Source of the DNA: an uncultured delta proteobacterium
GTDB taxonomy: Bacteria > Desulfobacterota > Binatia > JACPRU01
Assembly (NCBI GenBank): GCA_963745025.1
Contig: CAVUWD010000006.1
Coordinates: 532,211-596,210 of the forward strand
Direction of reading: 5' to 3'
Length of the DNA stretch: 64,000 nucleotides
Shown here: piece after piece, positions 9,375-19,830 of the stretch
How the letters are laid out: the number at the start of each line of letters is the position of its first letter
How positions within the stretch are numbered: the first letter of the stretch is position 1
Notes under the pieces: generated by a model
What the model was told of the DNA's origin: nothing
Databases searched by the model: none
What the model saw: the letters and a program-made list of their open reading frames with translations, nothing else
Position numbers and translations under genes: made by a program

Positions 9375-9815
9375 TCAACGCGGAAAAACTGGTTGTGCAT
9401 CCCGCAATAGAGCCGCCGGCACCTCTGTCATGGCACCCGAGCGCACTTCGACCTGAACCTTGCGGTACGTAGTGCCGTATACAGAAGCGACGATATAGCG
9501 GCCAGGGGCGATCGGACGCACTATCGGCTCCTCACCACTTCGTCCGTCTCGGTTATCGATATCCGCCTGCAAGAGATGGCCGTCGTCGGAGTAGAGGTCG
9601 TACGGCCGGCGCAGATTGTAGTACGTCTCGCGGCCGATCATCCGAAGATCGGCGTCGGTTTCGACTCGCAGGTAGCCGACGCCTGCCGCGTCATTTGCGC
9701 CGCCGGCCAAAAGCGGTACGACGTATGGGATCGCATCGTTCCACGCCAAGGCCGCAGGGGGCACCTGCGTTGCGCACCCGAGCGCCGCCAGCAGACCAAC
9801 CGCGAGTATCGGCAT
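9375..9815 (-). CDS. Putative lipoprotein
   Basis: MPILAVGLLAALGC lipobox; start position uncertain. Confidence 0.55.
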   Translation of the reverse strand: MPILAVGLLAALGCATQVPPAALAWNDAIPYVVPLLAGGANDAAGVGYLRVETDADLRMIGRETYYNLRRPYDLYSDDGHLLQADIDNRDGRSGEEPIVRPIAPGRYIVASVYGTTYRKVQVEVRSGAMTEVPAALLRDAQPVFPR

Positions 9816-10016
9816 TGGATCGACGAGCGCTGGCTTGTTTCGGGTGTGCTCCGCCACGCGATGGACGGCGATCACGGCCACGATCGCCAGGTAGAAGCCG
9901 TAGGCGCTGACCAGGACAGGTAGCGGCCAAAACCCGGCGGCCGTGCGCTTGTGAGCGCGCGCGTGGAAGAGTTGCACTCGGCGGCTGTGCGATCTACTGT
10001 CACCGCCGTCACCACG

Positions 10017-10997
10017 ATGAGCTCCAGCCCTCCCCGCACCATTGACGTCAACGGACGCCAGTTGCCGTTCGGCTTCATCGTGTTCGTGCTCGTGGGCATT
10101 TTCGTCATCGTGGTCGGGTGGGCGTCGGTCTACACGGTCGAGGCCGAAAGCGAGGGCGTGGTGCTGCGGTTCGGCAAGCTTCTGAAGACGGTGGAGCCGG
10201 GGCTACATTTCAAGCTGCCGCTCGGCATCGACCTGGTGACCGTGGTGCCCACGCGACGCCAGTTGAAGCTGGAGTTCGGCTTTTCCACCCCGGGTCTCAC
10301 CAATCCCGACCAGGCCGGTGAGGAGCCGGAGCGGGAGAAGTCCATGGTCACCGGCGACCTGAACGTGGCGCTGGTGGAGTGGGTGGTGCAATATCGCGTC
10401 GGCGATCCCAAGCAATATCTGTTCGATGTGCGTAGTCCCGGCCAGACATTGCGCGATCTGTCGGAAGCGGCAATGCGCGAGGTGGTCGGCGACCGCACGG
10501 TGGACGAGGTGATCACTGTCGGGCGGCAGGAGATCGAGGTATCCGCGCTCGCCCGGCTGCAGGAGTTGGTCAAGCTCTACCACTTGGGCATTTTCGTGGA
10601 TCAGGTGCAGCTCAAGAACGTCAACCCGCCCAAGCCGGTGCAGGCCTCCTTCAACGAAGTCAACAAGGCCCAGCAGGATCGCGAGAACGCGATCAACGTC
10701 GCCAACGGTGATTACAACAAGGTCGTGCCGAAGGCCAAAGGCGAGGCCGACCAGGCCATCAGCACCGCCGAGGGCTACAAGTTCAAGCGCGTCAACGAAG
10801 CCGAGGGCGACGTCGCCGCGTTCAACGCGGTGCTGGCGGAATACATCAAGTCACCCGAGATCACGCGCACGCGGATCTACCTCGAAACGATGGCCGAGAT
10901 TCTGCCGCAGGCCGGGCAGAAATTCATCGTGGACGAGTCGTTGCGCCAGCTCCTGCCGATCCTGCCGCTGTTGACGAAACCCGCGGAGGCGAAATGA
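10017..10997 (+). CDS. hflK: FtsH protease modulator HflK
   Basis: TM helix, GVVLRFGK, PGLHFKLP, MVTGDLN, PPKPVQASF, RIYLETM. Confidence 0.93.
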   Translation: MSSSPPRTIDVNGRQLPFGFIVFVLVGIFVIVVGWASVYTVEAESEGVVLRFGKLLKTVEPGLHFKLPLGIDLVTVVPTRRQLKLEFGFSTPGLTNPDQAGEEPEREKSMVTGDLNVALVEWVVQYRVGDPKQYLFDVRSPGQTLRDLSEAAMREVVGDRTVDEVITVGRQEIEVSALARLQELVKLYHLGIFVDQVQLKNVNPPKPVQASFNEVNKAQQDRENAINVANGDYNKVVPKAKGEADQAISTAEGYKFKRVNEAEGDVAAFNAVLAEYIKSPEITRTRIYLETMAEILPQAGQKFIVDESLRQLLPILPLLTKPAEAK

Positions 10998-11986
10998 GAC
11001 GCGTCCCCTCCTTCGTCCTCGTCGTCCTAGCGATGGTGCTCTTCTTCCTGGCCGGCGCCTATTACACGGTTTCGGAAACCGAGCAGGTCATCATCACCCA
11101 GTTCGGAAAGCCCGTCGGCGCGCCCATCACCGACCCGGGCCTGCATTTCAAGATGCCGATCATCCAGACCGTCAACCGGCTCGACAAGCGCTTCCTCGGA
11201 TGGGACGGCGCGCCGGTGGGCATCCCGACCAAGGACAAGACCTACATCCACGTCGACACATTCGCGCGATGGCGGATCAAGGACCCGCTGCAATATTTTC
11301 TGCGGCTCCGCGACGAACGGAGCGCCCAGTCGCGCCTCGAGGACATCCTCGGCAGTGAGACGCGCAACGCCATCGCCAAGCACGAGTTGATCGAGATCGT
11401 GCGCACCGACAAGGACCGCAAGCCGATGCTCGACTCGAGCTTCCAAACCGGGCCGACCGGTGTGGGCACGATCGGCGTGCTGCCGCCCATCACCGTGGGC
11501 CGGCAAAAGGTCGAGACCGAGATCAAGACCGCCGCCGCCGGCAAGCTGGCCGAGTTCGGCATCGAGCTGCTGGACCTGCGCCTGAAGCGCGTGGATTACA
11601 ACCCCGACGTGCTCGACCGCATCTACCAGCGCATGATCAGCGAGCGTCAGCAAATCGCCCAGCGGTTCCGCTCGGAAGGCGAGGGCGAGGCGGCCAAGAT
11701 CGCCGGCAAGAAAGAACGCGACATGAACGAAATCCAGTCCGGCGCCTACCTCAAGGTGCAGACCATCCGCGGCGAGGCCGACGCCAAGGCCACCGAGATT
11801 TACGCCCGCGCCTACTCGCAAAGCCCGCAGGCCGCCGAGTTCTACGCCTTCATGAAAAGCATGGAAACTTACCGCAAGATCTTCGCGAAGGACTCCACGC
11901 TCGTGCTCTCCACCGACAGCGATCTGTTCGATCTGCTCAAGCGCGGCGCGGCGAAAGCGAAAAATCCTCCCCCGCCGGCAAAGTAA
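10994..11986 (+). CDS. hflC: FtsH protease modulator HflC
   Basis: QVIITQFGKP, PGLHFKMP, RMISER...RSEGEG; ATGA overlap with hflK. Confidence 0.93.
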   Translation: MRRVPSFVLVVLAMVLFFLAGAYYTVSETEQVIITQFGKPVGAPITDPGLHFKMPIIQTVNRLDKRFLGWDGAPVGIPTKDKTYIHVDTFARWRIKDPLQYFLRLRDERSAQSRLEDILGSETRNAIAKHELIEIVRTDKDRKPMLDSSFQTGPTGVGTIGVLPPITVGRQKVETEIKTAAAGKLAEFGIELLDLRLKRVDYNPDVLDRIYQRMISERQQIAQRFRSEGEGEAAKIAGKKERDMNEIQSGAYLKVQTIRGEADAKATEIYARAYSQSPQAAEFYAFMKSMETYRKIFAKDSTLVLSTDSDLFDLLKRGAAKAKNPPPPAK

Positions 11987-12219
11987 CCGGACACTCTTGT
12001 CCGGCTGATGGTCAATCATTTGCGCCGCCCTGCCGATCGTGTCGCGCACGTCGACGATTTACCGGTCGAAGAGTTCGCGTTGATCTCGTGCTCGTCGCGA
12101 TCTTCTGGGTGGTGTTGCGGATCGCCTGGCCCAGCTCCTCGACCGTCGTGTCGATCCAGAACTCGCGACGCCGTCGTAGGCGGCGCCTCGTTCCGCGACT
12201 AGCCGCGCGTGTCGAGCGG

Positions 12220-12318
12220 AAGCCTTGACGAGCGGCGCAGGACTTCCGTCCAGTGGTGGATCGCTTCTTCGTGGGTGATATCGGGCCGGCGCGTCCAAAG
12301 CTCGAAGAGCTTGATAAT
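12220..12318 (-). pseudogene. EthD-like N-terminal stump
   Basis: GGAGG RBS then IIKLFELWTRRPDITHEEAIHHWTEV, frameshift, APLVKA. Confidence 0.4.
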
Positions 12319-12363
12319 GAATTCGTTCCTCCGTTCGCGTGGGTACGTCCGTTGCGAAGAGTG

Positions 12364-12960
12364 CTACGGTTGCTTGGCTAAACGCAGGATCTGCGCCACA
12401 CACTCCCTCTCGATCCCCACGAGATAAGCATGCCGTGGCCGACCCCTGGCGAGCAGAATCATGAGGCCCTCGATCTGAGTCGCGGCGAGCGCGGCGCGAG
12501 TGGTGCGCCGCTTCGGGTCGAGCTTCGGATTGATCGCGGCGATCATGTGATCGAAGTTCGTCACGTACCGATGGTAGAACTGATCGACCATCGTCATCGC
12601 AAATCGATCCCGCTGGCCGATCGACCAGAGCTCGAAGAAGATCGCGTTGGTCATCGGGTCCTTGAGGTCTTCGATGAGGAACCGGACGAATCCCTCGAGC
12701 CGTTTTTCCGGAGTCTCGCTCGCCGTAGTCGGCGACGATTCCGGGCGGCTCGTAGCTTTCGATGATGAATCGGATCAACGCCTCGAACAGCTGCTCTTTT
12801 CGCGCGAAATAGTATTGCAGGTGCCCCTGGCTCATCCTCATGCGTCGCGCCAATGTCCGGACGCTGAAGCCGGCATACCCTTCTTGCGAAAAGAGTAAGC
12901 GAGCCTCCTCCAGGATCTGGAGCATCCGCTCCTCACGCTTGCCCGGCGTGGTGCGCGGGC
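12364..12960 (-). pseudogene. TetR/AcrR regulator with a frameshift near 12748 (or sequencing error)
   Basis: HTH ILEEARLLFSQEGY...SQGHLQYYFARKEQL in one frame; ligand domain ...DPMTNAIFFELW...ILRLAKQP in another; start uncertain. Confidence 0.75.
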
Positions 12961-13138
12961 AGCTCCGTCGCAGCTCGACGCGATGGACTACCGCGAGGAA
13001 GGCATCCTGAGGCGCCTGCGCGGGCGATCTAGAACCACCACGTGGCCGCCGAGCTCGCTCGTGCAGAGATGATCTTGCGAACTTGAAACACTTGATTCGG
13101 CTTCACCCTTGGCGTTTGTATTGCGACCGGGTCGCGGA

Positions 13139-14632
13139 ATGTCGATCGAACACTTTGACGTGCTGATGGTGGGTGCCGGTCTTTCCGGAATCGGCGCCGG
13201 CTACCACCTTCAGACCGACTGCCCGAACAAGTCGTACGCGATCCTCGAGGCGCGCGAATCCATGGGCGGAACCTGGGATCTCTTCCGCTACCCGGGCGTA
13301 CGCTCCGACTCCGACATGTACACCCTCGGCTATTCGTTTCGCCCCTGGAAGGACGCCAAGGCGATCGCAGACGGACCGTCGATTCTGAGCTACATCCGGC
13401 AAACCGCGAAGGACTACGGCATCGACCAGAAGATCCGATTTGGACATCGGGTGAAGCGCGCAAGTTGGTCCTCCGCCGACGCCAGGTGGACTGTGGAAGC
13501 GGAGCGCGGGGCCTCGAAGGAGACGGCGCACCTGACCTGCAACTTTCTGTTCCTGTGCAGCGGCTACTACAACTACACCGAAGGCTACACGCCGGAGCTC
13601 GCGGGCAGGGAACGCTACACGGGTCGTATCGTGCACCCGCAGAAGTGGACCGAAGACGTCGAGTACGCCGGCAAGCGTGTCGTGGTGATCGGCAGCGGCG
13701 CAACCGCGGTGACGCTGGTACCGGCGCTGGCAAAGACGGCGGCGCACGTCACGATGCTGCAACGCTCCCCGAGCTACATCCTCTCCCTGCCCGAGCGGGA
13801 TCCGATCGCCAACGCCCTACGGCGCTTCTTGCCGGCGAGCGTGGCCTACGGGATCACGCGTTGGAAGAACGTGTTGCTCGGCATGTTGATCTTCACGCTG
13901 TCCAGGCATGCTCCGGAGCTGGTCAAGAAGCTGATCCGCGGAGGCGTGAAGTCGCAGCTCGGGCCCGATTACGACGTCGACACGCATTTCAAGCCGCGTT
14001 ACAACCCATGGGACCAACGTCTGTGCCTCGTGCCCGATGCCGATCTGTTCAAGGCGATCCGCGAGGGACGCGCTTCGGTGGTCACCGATCACATCGAGAC
14101 CTTCACCGAGAAGGGCCTCAGGCTTCGGTCCGGCGCGGAGTTGGAGGCGGATTTGATCGTCACGGCGACCGGCCTCGACCTATTGGCGTTGGGGGGCATT
14201 CAGCTGGTCGTCGACGGCCGAATGGTCGAGGTCGCCAAGACTATGAGCTACAAGGGGATGATGCTGAGCGGTGTGCCCAATCTAGCGGTAGCGCTCGGTT
14301 ACACGAATGCCTCGTGGACGCTCAAATGCGACCTCACCTGCGGCTACGTTTGCAGGCTGATCAACTTCATGGAGAAGCAGGGTTACCGGCAGTGCACTGC
14401 GCAAAACCGTGATCCGAGCATCCGAGAGGTGCCGTTCATCGATTTCTCCTCGGGATACGTGCAGCGCTCCATCCACAAGTTCCCCAAGCAGGGGTCGAAG
14501 GCGCCGTGGAGGCTCTACCAGAACTATGCGCTCGACATCGTCGCGTTGAGGTTCGGCGCGCTGGAGGACGGCGCGATGGTCTTTTCCAGCCCGACACCTG
14601 CGATCGAAGCCGACGCGCGGGCGGCTGGTTGA
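13139..14632 (+). CDS. EthA-like Baeyer-Villiger flavin monooxygenase
   Basis: GAGLSG, GGTWDLFRYPGVRSDSD, GRIVHPQKW, GSGATA, PWDQRLC. Confidence 0.92.
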   Translation: MSIEHFDVLMVGAGLSGIGAGYHLQTDCPNKSYAILEARESMGGTWDLFRYPGVRSDSDMYTLGYSFRPWKDAKAIADGPSILSYIRQTAKDYGIDQKIRFGHRVKRASWSSADARWTVEAERGASKETAHLTCNFLFLCSGYYNYTEGYTPELAGRERYTGRIVHPQKWTEDVEYAGKRVVVIGSGATAVTLVPALAKTAAHVTMLQRSPSYILSLPERDPIANALRRFLPASVAYGITRWKNVLLGMLIFTLSRHAPELVKKLIRGGVKSQLGPDYDVDTHFKPRYNPWDQRLCLVPDADLFKAIREGRASVVTDHIETFTEKGLRLRSGAELEADLIVTATGLDLLALGGIQLVVDGRMVEVAKTMSYKGMMLSGVPNLAVALGYTNASWTLKCDLTCGYVCRLINFMEKQGYRQCTAQNRDPSIREVPFIDFSSGYVQRSIHKFPKQGSKAPWRLYQNYALDIVALRFGALEDGAMVFSSPTPAIEADARAAG

Positions 14633-14672
14633 TGCATTGCGGGAGCCGGCTTCCACCGGCCACGAACAAGCT

Positions 14673-14890
14673 TTAGGGCCTGGTGGGCGGCGCGGCCAAC
14701 TCGGCGCGAAGCTCGATGAGCTCGCGATCGCCCGGGGTGCGCACAAGCGTGGAATCGATCACCGCGAGAGGTTCTTGGCTCTTTCCGGTGCTGTGCAGGG
14801 CCACTGCGTAAACGTAGCCGAAGTGCAGGTCTTCCGGCGCAAGCCGGGCGGCGCTCTTCAGCTTGGCGAGCGCCGCCGGCATGTCCTTTG
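14673..14890 (-). pseudogene. C-terminal TPR fragment
   Basis: ALAKLKSAARLAPEDLHFGYVYAVALHSTG; no N-terminal body. Confidence 0.5.
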
Positions 14891-15012
14891 GACACGTTGC
14901 GGGGTTAGATTCGTGCCTCGATCCGGCCTCCCCATGGACCACCGCTGGAAATGCAGATAGCGACCCTACTTCATGGGGAGGGAACCCCCAGGGGGAAAAG
15001 GGAGGTCGACAA

Positions 15013-15528
15013 ATGAACAGGATCCAGATTCGGCAGATGGTGCACGCGAACATCTGCGTCCGCGACATGGAACGAAGCGTGCCGTTCTACGAGATGCTCG
15101 GATTCGAGAAGTTCGCGGATCAAATCTTCGGCGAGGGCGCGGGAGTATGGCGCGGTCTCGGCCTGGAAGGCGGCCGCCGCTTTCGGGCCGTGTTCATGAA
15201 GATTCCCGGCGACCATGCGGTGCCCTTCCTCGACATCATCCAGTTCGTCGATCCCCCCACCGCGGGCGAGCCCTATCCCACGCTCCACAACGCCGGGATC
15301 GCTCGCCTGTGCTTCGAAGTCGACGACGTCCATGCGGCGGCGGCGCACCTGAAAGCCAACGGGGTGGAGTTCGTCGGCCCCGTCTCTCCTTACGAGACGG
15401 CGAAAGGAGTCCGCCCGGACGGCGTGGACGCCCAGTTCGTCTGCTTCAGGGACCCCGACGGGACGATCCTCGAGTACGCGCAGTTCGCTGGAACCGCCCG
15501 CGACGTGCTGAACTCGTCGACTCGGTAG
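15013..15528 (+). CDS. VOC/glyoxalase family protein
   Basis: GGAGG RBS; HANICVRDMERSVPFY, RLCFEVDD, FRDPDGTILE. Confidence 0.88.
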   Translation: MNRIQIRQMVHANICVRDMERSVPFYEMLGFEKFADQIFGEGAGVWRGLGLEGGRRFRAVFMKIPGDHAVPFLDIIQFVDPPTAGEPYPTLHNAGIARLCFEVDDVHAAAAHLKANGVEFVGPVSPYETAKGVRPDGVDAQFVCFRDPDGTILEYAQFAGTARDVLNSSTR

Positions 15529-15999
15529 ATCGGTAAGGGGAATCGTACAGGAAGCGAGGAGCCGCGCCGCCTTGATCGGCGACTTCGAGACGCCCGTCCG
15601 ATCGCAGAGTAAGGAGAGGTCACAACACGGGGGCGCCGAGTCCGGTCGAGCGACGGATCGGCTGGGGACGAAGCCGTGGTCGATCGATCCCGATCGTCAG
15701 GAGATCGCCATCGCCGCGCCGAGATCGAGGCCAGCGCGGTCCGCTTCGCCGCGGGAAGCATCAGCCTGTTTCTGGCCAGCAGTCGGGACGCCGGCGAGCT
15801 CGAAGGTGCCGAGGACGTTGCTCGAGCCCCCCCTGCCCCGGAAAAAGGCGCAACCCCGCCATCGGGCTGTCTAGTCACCGGCGCATCGAGGGGCAGGCAC
15901 ACATTGGGCGCTTTCTTGCGCCTGCGAAAATTCGGCGCGACACTGGAATCGAAGACGTCTCGACACGCGCAGCGCGCGTCGGCATCTTCAGGCGGGACG

Positions 16000-17241
16000 A
16001 TGGGAAGGCGCACTCACGTTTTGGGGGTCGTGCTGGCGGGCGGTGAAGGGCGGCGCCTTTGGCCGCTCACGCGTGATCGCGCAAAACCTGCGGTCCCGTT
16101 CGGGGCGAACTATCGTTTGGTCGATTTCGCCCTCTCGAACTTGGTGAACGCGAGCTACCTGCGCATCGCTGTACTGACTCAGTACAAGAGCCACAGCCTC
16201 GATCGCCACATCGCCCAGACCTGGCGCATGGCGCCCTTGTTCGGCAACTACGTGATGAGCGTTCCGGCCCAGATGCGCGTGGCGAAACGTTGGTTCGAGG
16301 GCTCCGCGGACGCCATCTACCAGAACCTGAACCTGATCCGCGACGAGGACCCGGACTACATCTGCGTGTTCGGCGCCGATCACATCTATCGCATGGACCC
16401 CGAGCAGATGGTGCAGGCGCACATCGCGTCGGGGGCGGGCGTGACCGTGGCGGGCATCCGCGTACCGCGCTCGGAGGCGGACCGCTTCGGCGTGATCGAG
16501 CCGGACGCCAACGGCCGCATCCGCCGGTTCCGTGAGAAGCCCTTTGACGCCGTGGGCCTGCCCGACGCTCCGGATCAGGTCCTGGCCTCGATGGGCAACT
16601 ACGTCTTCAGCCGCCGGACGCTCGAGCTGGCGGTGAGCGAGGACGCGAAGAAAGACGACAGCCGACACGACATGGGCGGAGACATCGTCACCGGCTTGGT
16701 CGAGGGCGGTGACGCGGCCGTGTACGACTTCGCGAACAACCTGATACCCGGCAGCGACGAGCGTGACCGCGGCTACTGGCGAGACGTCGGGACGTTGGAC
16801 AGCTACTACGAAGCCCACCGCGACCTGATCAGCGTGCACCCCGTGTTCAACCTGTACAACGAGGACTGGCCGATCCACACCTGGTACGGCTCACTGCCGC
16901 CCGCGAAGTTCGTGTTCGACGAGGACGGGCGACGCGGCTTGGCCACGGATTCGATCGTGAGCGCGGGCGTGATCGTCGCCGGCGGCACCGTGCGCCGCAG
17001 CGTGCTCTCCCCCGGCGTGCGGGTGGACTCGGGCGCGGTGGTCGAGGACAGCGTGCTGATGCAGGACGTGCACATCAGCCCCGGCGCCGTCGTACGGCGC
17101 GCAATCCTCGACAAGAACGTGCGCGTTCCGCCCGGGGTTCGCATTGGCGTGGACGTGGAAGAGGATCGCGCCCGCGGCTTCACCATGAGCGACAACGGCA
17201 TCGTCGTCTTGGGCAAGGGCGACGAAGTGAAAAGCCCGTGA
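16000..17241 (+). CDS. glgC: Glucose-1-phosphate adenylyltransferase
   Basis: [48 protein letters not shown]-terminal beta-helix. Confidence 0.96.
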   Translation: MGRRTHVLGVVLAGGEGRRLWPLTRDRAKPAVPFGANYRLVDFALSNLVNASYLRIAVLTQYKSHSLDRHIAQTWRMAPLFGNYVMSVPAQMRVAKRWFEGSADAIYQNLNLIRDEDPDYICVFGADHIYRMDPEQMVQAHIASGAGVTVAGIRVPRSEADRFGVIEPDANGRIRRFREKPFDAVGLPDAPDQVLASMGNYVFSRRTLELAVSEDAKKDDSRHDMGGDIVTGLVEGGDAAVYDFANNLIPGSDERDRGYWRDVGTLDSYYEAHRDLISVHPVFNLYNEDWPIHTWYGSLPPAKFVFDEDGRRGLATDSIVSAGVIVAGGTVRRSVLSPGVRVDSGAVVEDSVLMQDVHISPGAVVRRAILDKNVRVPPGVRIGVDVEEDRARGFTMSDNGIVVLGKGDEVKSP

Positions 17242-17279
17242 GCTCCCCTCGCTTGAAGAATAGGAGATGGAGGTCAGCC

Positions 17280-17345
17280 ATGGAGAGTATAGGCATCGAC
17301 GTGCACAAGGTGAATGGCCAGATCTGCGTTGTCGGGGAGAACGCA
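17280..17345 (+). mobile_element. IS110-family transposase N-terminal stump
   Basis: GGAGG RBS then MESIGIDVHKVNGQICVVGE (GIDxxK, first Asp of DEDD); truncated after ~22 codons. Confidence 0.55.
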
Positions 17346-17385
17346 GCCCGTGATCCTGCCGCCCGCTTCGGAACACGACGTTTGA

Positions 17386-18267
17386 CTATTGCCCGTCCAG
17401 GAACGCGGTCAGCTCCTTGTTGTAGAGCTCCGGGTTCTGCCAGTGGCCGAAGTGACTGACGCCCGGAATGATCAGCAGCTTTGCGCCAGGAATGAGCCGC
17501 GCGATCTCTTCGGTGTGCTCACGCTTGATCGCTTCGTCATATTCGCCGTCCACGATCATGGTCGGCGTCATGATCATCGCGAGCTGCTCGGGCTTGTAGG
17601 CCGGCTGCGTGTTCCACATCTGGCTGATCGCGGCGACGAAGGCGTCGTACTCCTTGGGAGTCGGCGACAATCTTTCATATTGCTTGCCCTGCAGCGCGAT
17701 CCAGGCGCTGAAGACCGGGTCCTTGTCGAAACCGTCCTTCAACCCTGCGACATGGGTGTTGGCCCCGTACGCCCACAATTTGCTTAAGCGCTGCGCATAG
17801 CGCATGGCCATGTCGAGGCCGATGATGCCGCCGTCGCTCCAGCCGACGAGCGCAACTTTATCGATCCTGAGATGATCGAGCAGGCCGACATAGTCATCCG
17901 CCATCAGCTGGTAGCTGAACGGTTTGTTCGAGCGCGTGCTGCGGCCGTGCCCACGGCTTTCGGCGACGATCACCTCATGGTTCCGCGCCAGCACGGGAAC
18001 CTGGTTGCCCCAGGTCTCGGCATTGGAGAGGCCGCCATGGATCAGCAGCACCGGGTCGCCGCCGCCCTTGTTGAAGATCGCGTAAAACATCTGGATGTCG
18101 TCGGTCGGCGCCAGACCGCTTTCGTCGGCCGTTGGCAGGGCGGCTGGCGGGGGCAGGGTGCGCCAGACCGGCAGGTCCGCCTGCCGCGCAACGAAAATCG
18201 CGACCAGCGCTACGGCCACGGCGCCAATCGCGGTCGAACCGATGACCCAGTGCTTTCTCGCTGTCAT
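17386..18267 (-). CDS. Alpha/beta hydrolase with N-terminal anchor
   Basis: LLIHGG, RGHGRS, GWSDGG nucleophile, DEAI, catalytic His; start may be at 18399. Confidence 0.88.
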   Translation of the reverse strand: MTARKHWVIGSTAIGAVAVALVAIFVARQADLPVWRTLPPPAALPTADESGLAPTDDIQMFYAIFNKGGGDPVLLIHGGLSNAETWGNQVPVLARNHEVIVAESRGHGRSTRSNKPFSYQLMADDYVGLLDHLRIDKVALVGWSDGGIIGLDMAMRYAQRLSKLWAYGANTHVAGLKDGFDKDPVFSAWIALQGKQYERLSPTPKEYDAFVAAISQMWNTQPAYKPEQLAMIMTPTMIVDGEYDEAIKREHTEEIARLIPGAKLLIIPGVSHFGHWQNPELYNKELTAFLDGQ

Positions 18268-18462
18268 GGCCACGGCGAAGCTCCTTCTCGCCGCTTGTGT
18301 CGGCACAGCATCAGCAACTTCGGCCAGTATATTCCCTTCCTGAACGGGAGAGGAGCTCGCGATGAGCAGCGAGGATGAGCGTCCGACATCGATCGTCATG
18401 TAGCCTTCGGGCCCTTGCAGCCGCCATCCTCCCGCCCGGGACGGCGATCACTCCCCAGAAAG

Positions 18463-19056
18463 CTACTTGAGCAAGCTCTCCGCCTCGTACCGGCTCGGGC
18501 ATTTCGGACAGCTCACCGTGTTTCGCCACCAGTCGGGCTCGTGACCCCCGTAGTGCTCGACCACCTTCGCGTCGAGCTCGTCGAACGCCTTCCAGCGATC
18601 GACCATCGCGGCGAGGGCCTTGCGCTCCTCGGTCTTCAGGTCCTTCAGCGTTTCGGTCTTCCGGCTCTGGAAGTTGGCGAGGTCCGTCATGTCCTGTTGG
18701 GTGGCGAGAAAATTCGGATCGCCTTGCGGCTCGATACTCCGTATCTTTTCGATCTTGTCGCGAACTTCCTCTAGATGAGCGGCGTCCTGGTTGAGCGCGC
18801 GCTCGATCTCGGTCCGTGCCCGGCTCGCGCCGACGGAAAATCCATCGTCGGCCCGTTCGTGCGCCGCGTCGAGCCCCTCCGCGGGGGTCCGTACCGGTTC
18901 GTCGGCTGGAGCATGATATTCACTCTTCACCTTGCACCCGGGTGGCGCACTGTCCCCGGCGTAGGTCTTTCCGTCGGGCATCGTGCAGATCACCAAGGCC
19001 CGCGCGGTTCCCGAAAGAACGAGGACGGCGACTGCGATCACGGCGACCCTTCTCAC
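18463..19056 (-). CDS. Secreted DUF4124-like protein with coiled coil
   Basis: Signal peptide, CTMPDGKTYAGDSAPPGC, coiled coil, C-terminal CPKC. Confidence 0.6.
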   Translation of the reverse strand: MRRVAVIAVAVLVLSGTARALVICTMPDGKTYAGDSAPPGCKVKSEYHAPADEPVRTPAEGLDAAHERADDGFSVGASRARTEIERALNQDAAHLEEVRDKIEKIRSIEPQGDPNFLATQQDMTDLANFQSRKTETLKDLKTEERKALAAMVDRWKAFDELDAKVVEHYGGHEPDWWRNTVSCPKCPSRYEAESLLK

Positions 19057-19307
19057 GACCGGCCACCTGCCTGCTGAGCGCGGATCCTGTCGACCGCGTC
19101 CTTCGCGGTCTTGAGATCGGTCCCGTGGAGCGTACGGTGTAGCTTGATCGCGTCGATGGCGCGGCCGCTCGCGACAAGCCCTTCGACGTCTGCGTCACTC
19201 ACCGGCGTGGGCGGCGGAGACGCATCCCGTTCAGAGCCCTTCTGGCGCCAGGCCACGATGACGATCAGTGCCACGATCGCCGCCGCGGCAATTTCCCCGG
19301 TCAGCAT
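19053..19307 (-). CDS. Small membrane protein with ribosomal L7/L12 C-terminal-like domain
   Basis: TM helix plus GRAIDAIKLHRTLHGTDLKTAKDAVD. Confidence 0.65.
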   Translation of the reverse strand: MLTGEIAAAAIVALIVIVAWRQKGSERDASPPPTPVSDADVEGLVASGRAIDAIKLHRTLHGTDLKTAKDAVDRIRAQQAGGRS

Positions 19308-19519
19308 CACGAGGGTGCATCGCGCGGCGGAGCCGCGCAGTGCGCACAGACGCAGGCCACGCCGCGCGCTTCGGGCGGCATGCGTTGCAGCGCTTCGGGC
19401 GAGATCGTCGCCTCGAAGCACCAACATCGCGCGGCGCTCGGATCCGCAGCCATGGCACAAGCGTTTTCCGCGCCGCAGAGCGGACAGCGGGCGGGATCAA
19501 CCGTCTGGCCTGGCTCCAT
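19307..19519 (-). CDS. Cysteine-rich CWC family protein
   Basis: CPLCG..N.C...CWC...ACVCAHC. Confidence 0.82.
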   Translation of the reverse strand: MEPGQTVDPARCPLCGAENACAMAADPSAARCWCFEATISPEALQRMPPEARGVACVCAHCAAPPRDAPS

Positions 19520-19830
19520 GGTCACTGGGGCGCGGGGCCATTGCCGGAGTCGGCGGCGAGCGCAGCCGGGTGAGCGGCATCCATGCGTCTCGAGCCGTAG
19601 CACGCGCGTCGGTCGCGACGCAAAGCCGAACTCTACGGATGTATACGGTCAGCGAATCTGAGCGGGGTTGGTTGCGGCCGAAGGTCCGCGTTAGTCGTTA
19701 TAGGCGGCTGAGTCGCGCCGGACCGGGAGAGGTGCACGGCACCCGGCCCTCGGTGAGCGGCTCGTAAACATCGCCTGCTTCATTGAACCGGTCTCGTGGC
19801 ATGCGCGGCGCGCACCGGCAGCTGTGCTCC

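Larger units (their letters stand above)
7690..9378 (-). mobile_element. Decayed prophage/integrative element remnant
   Basis: Co-oriented minus-strand ORFs containing an integrase arm-binding N-terminus, a phage-type hypothetical domain and a recombinase-associated domain. Confidence 0.6.

Noticed and set aside
11987-12004. Intrinsic terminator after hflC (CCGGACA-CTCT-TGTCCGG)
   Set aside because: The hairpin is present but there is no U-tract, so it is not supported as a terminator.
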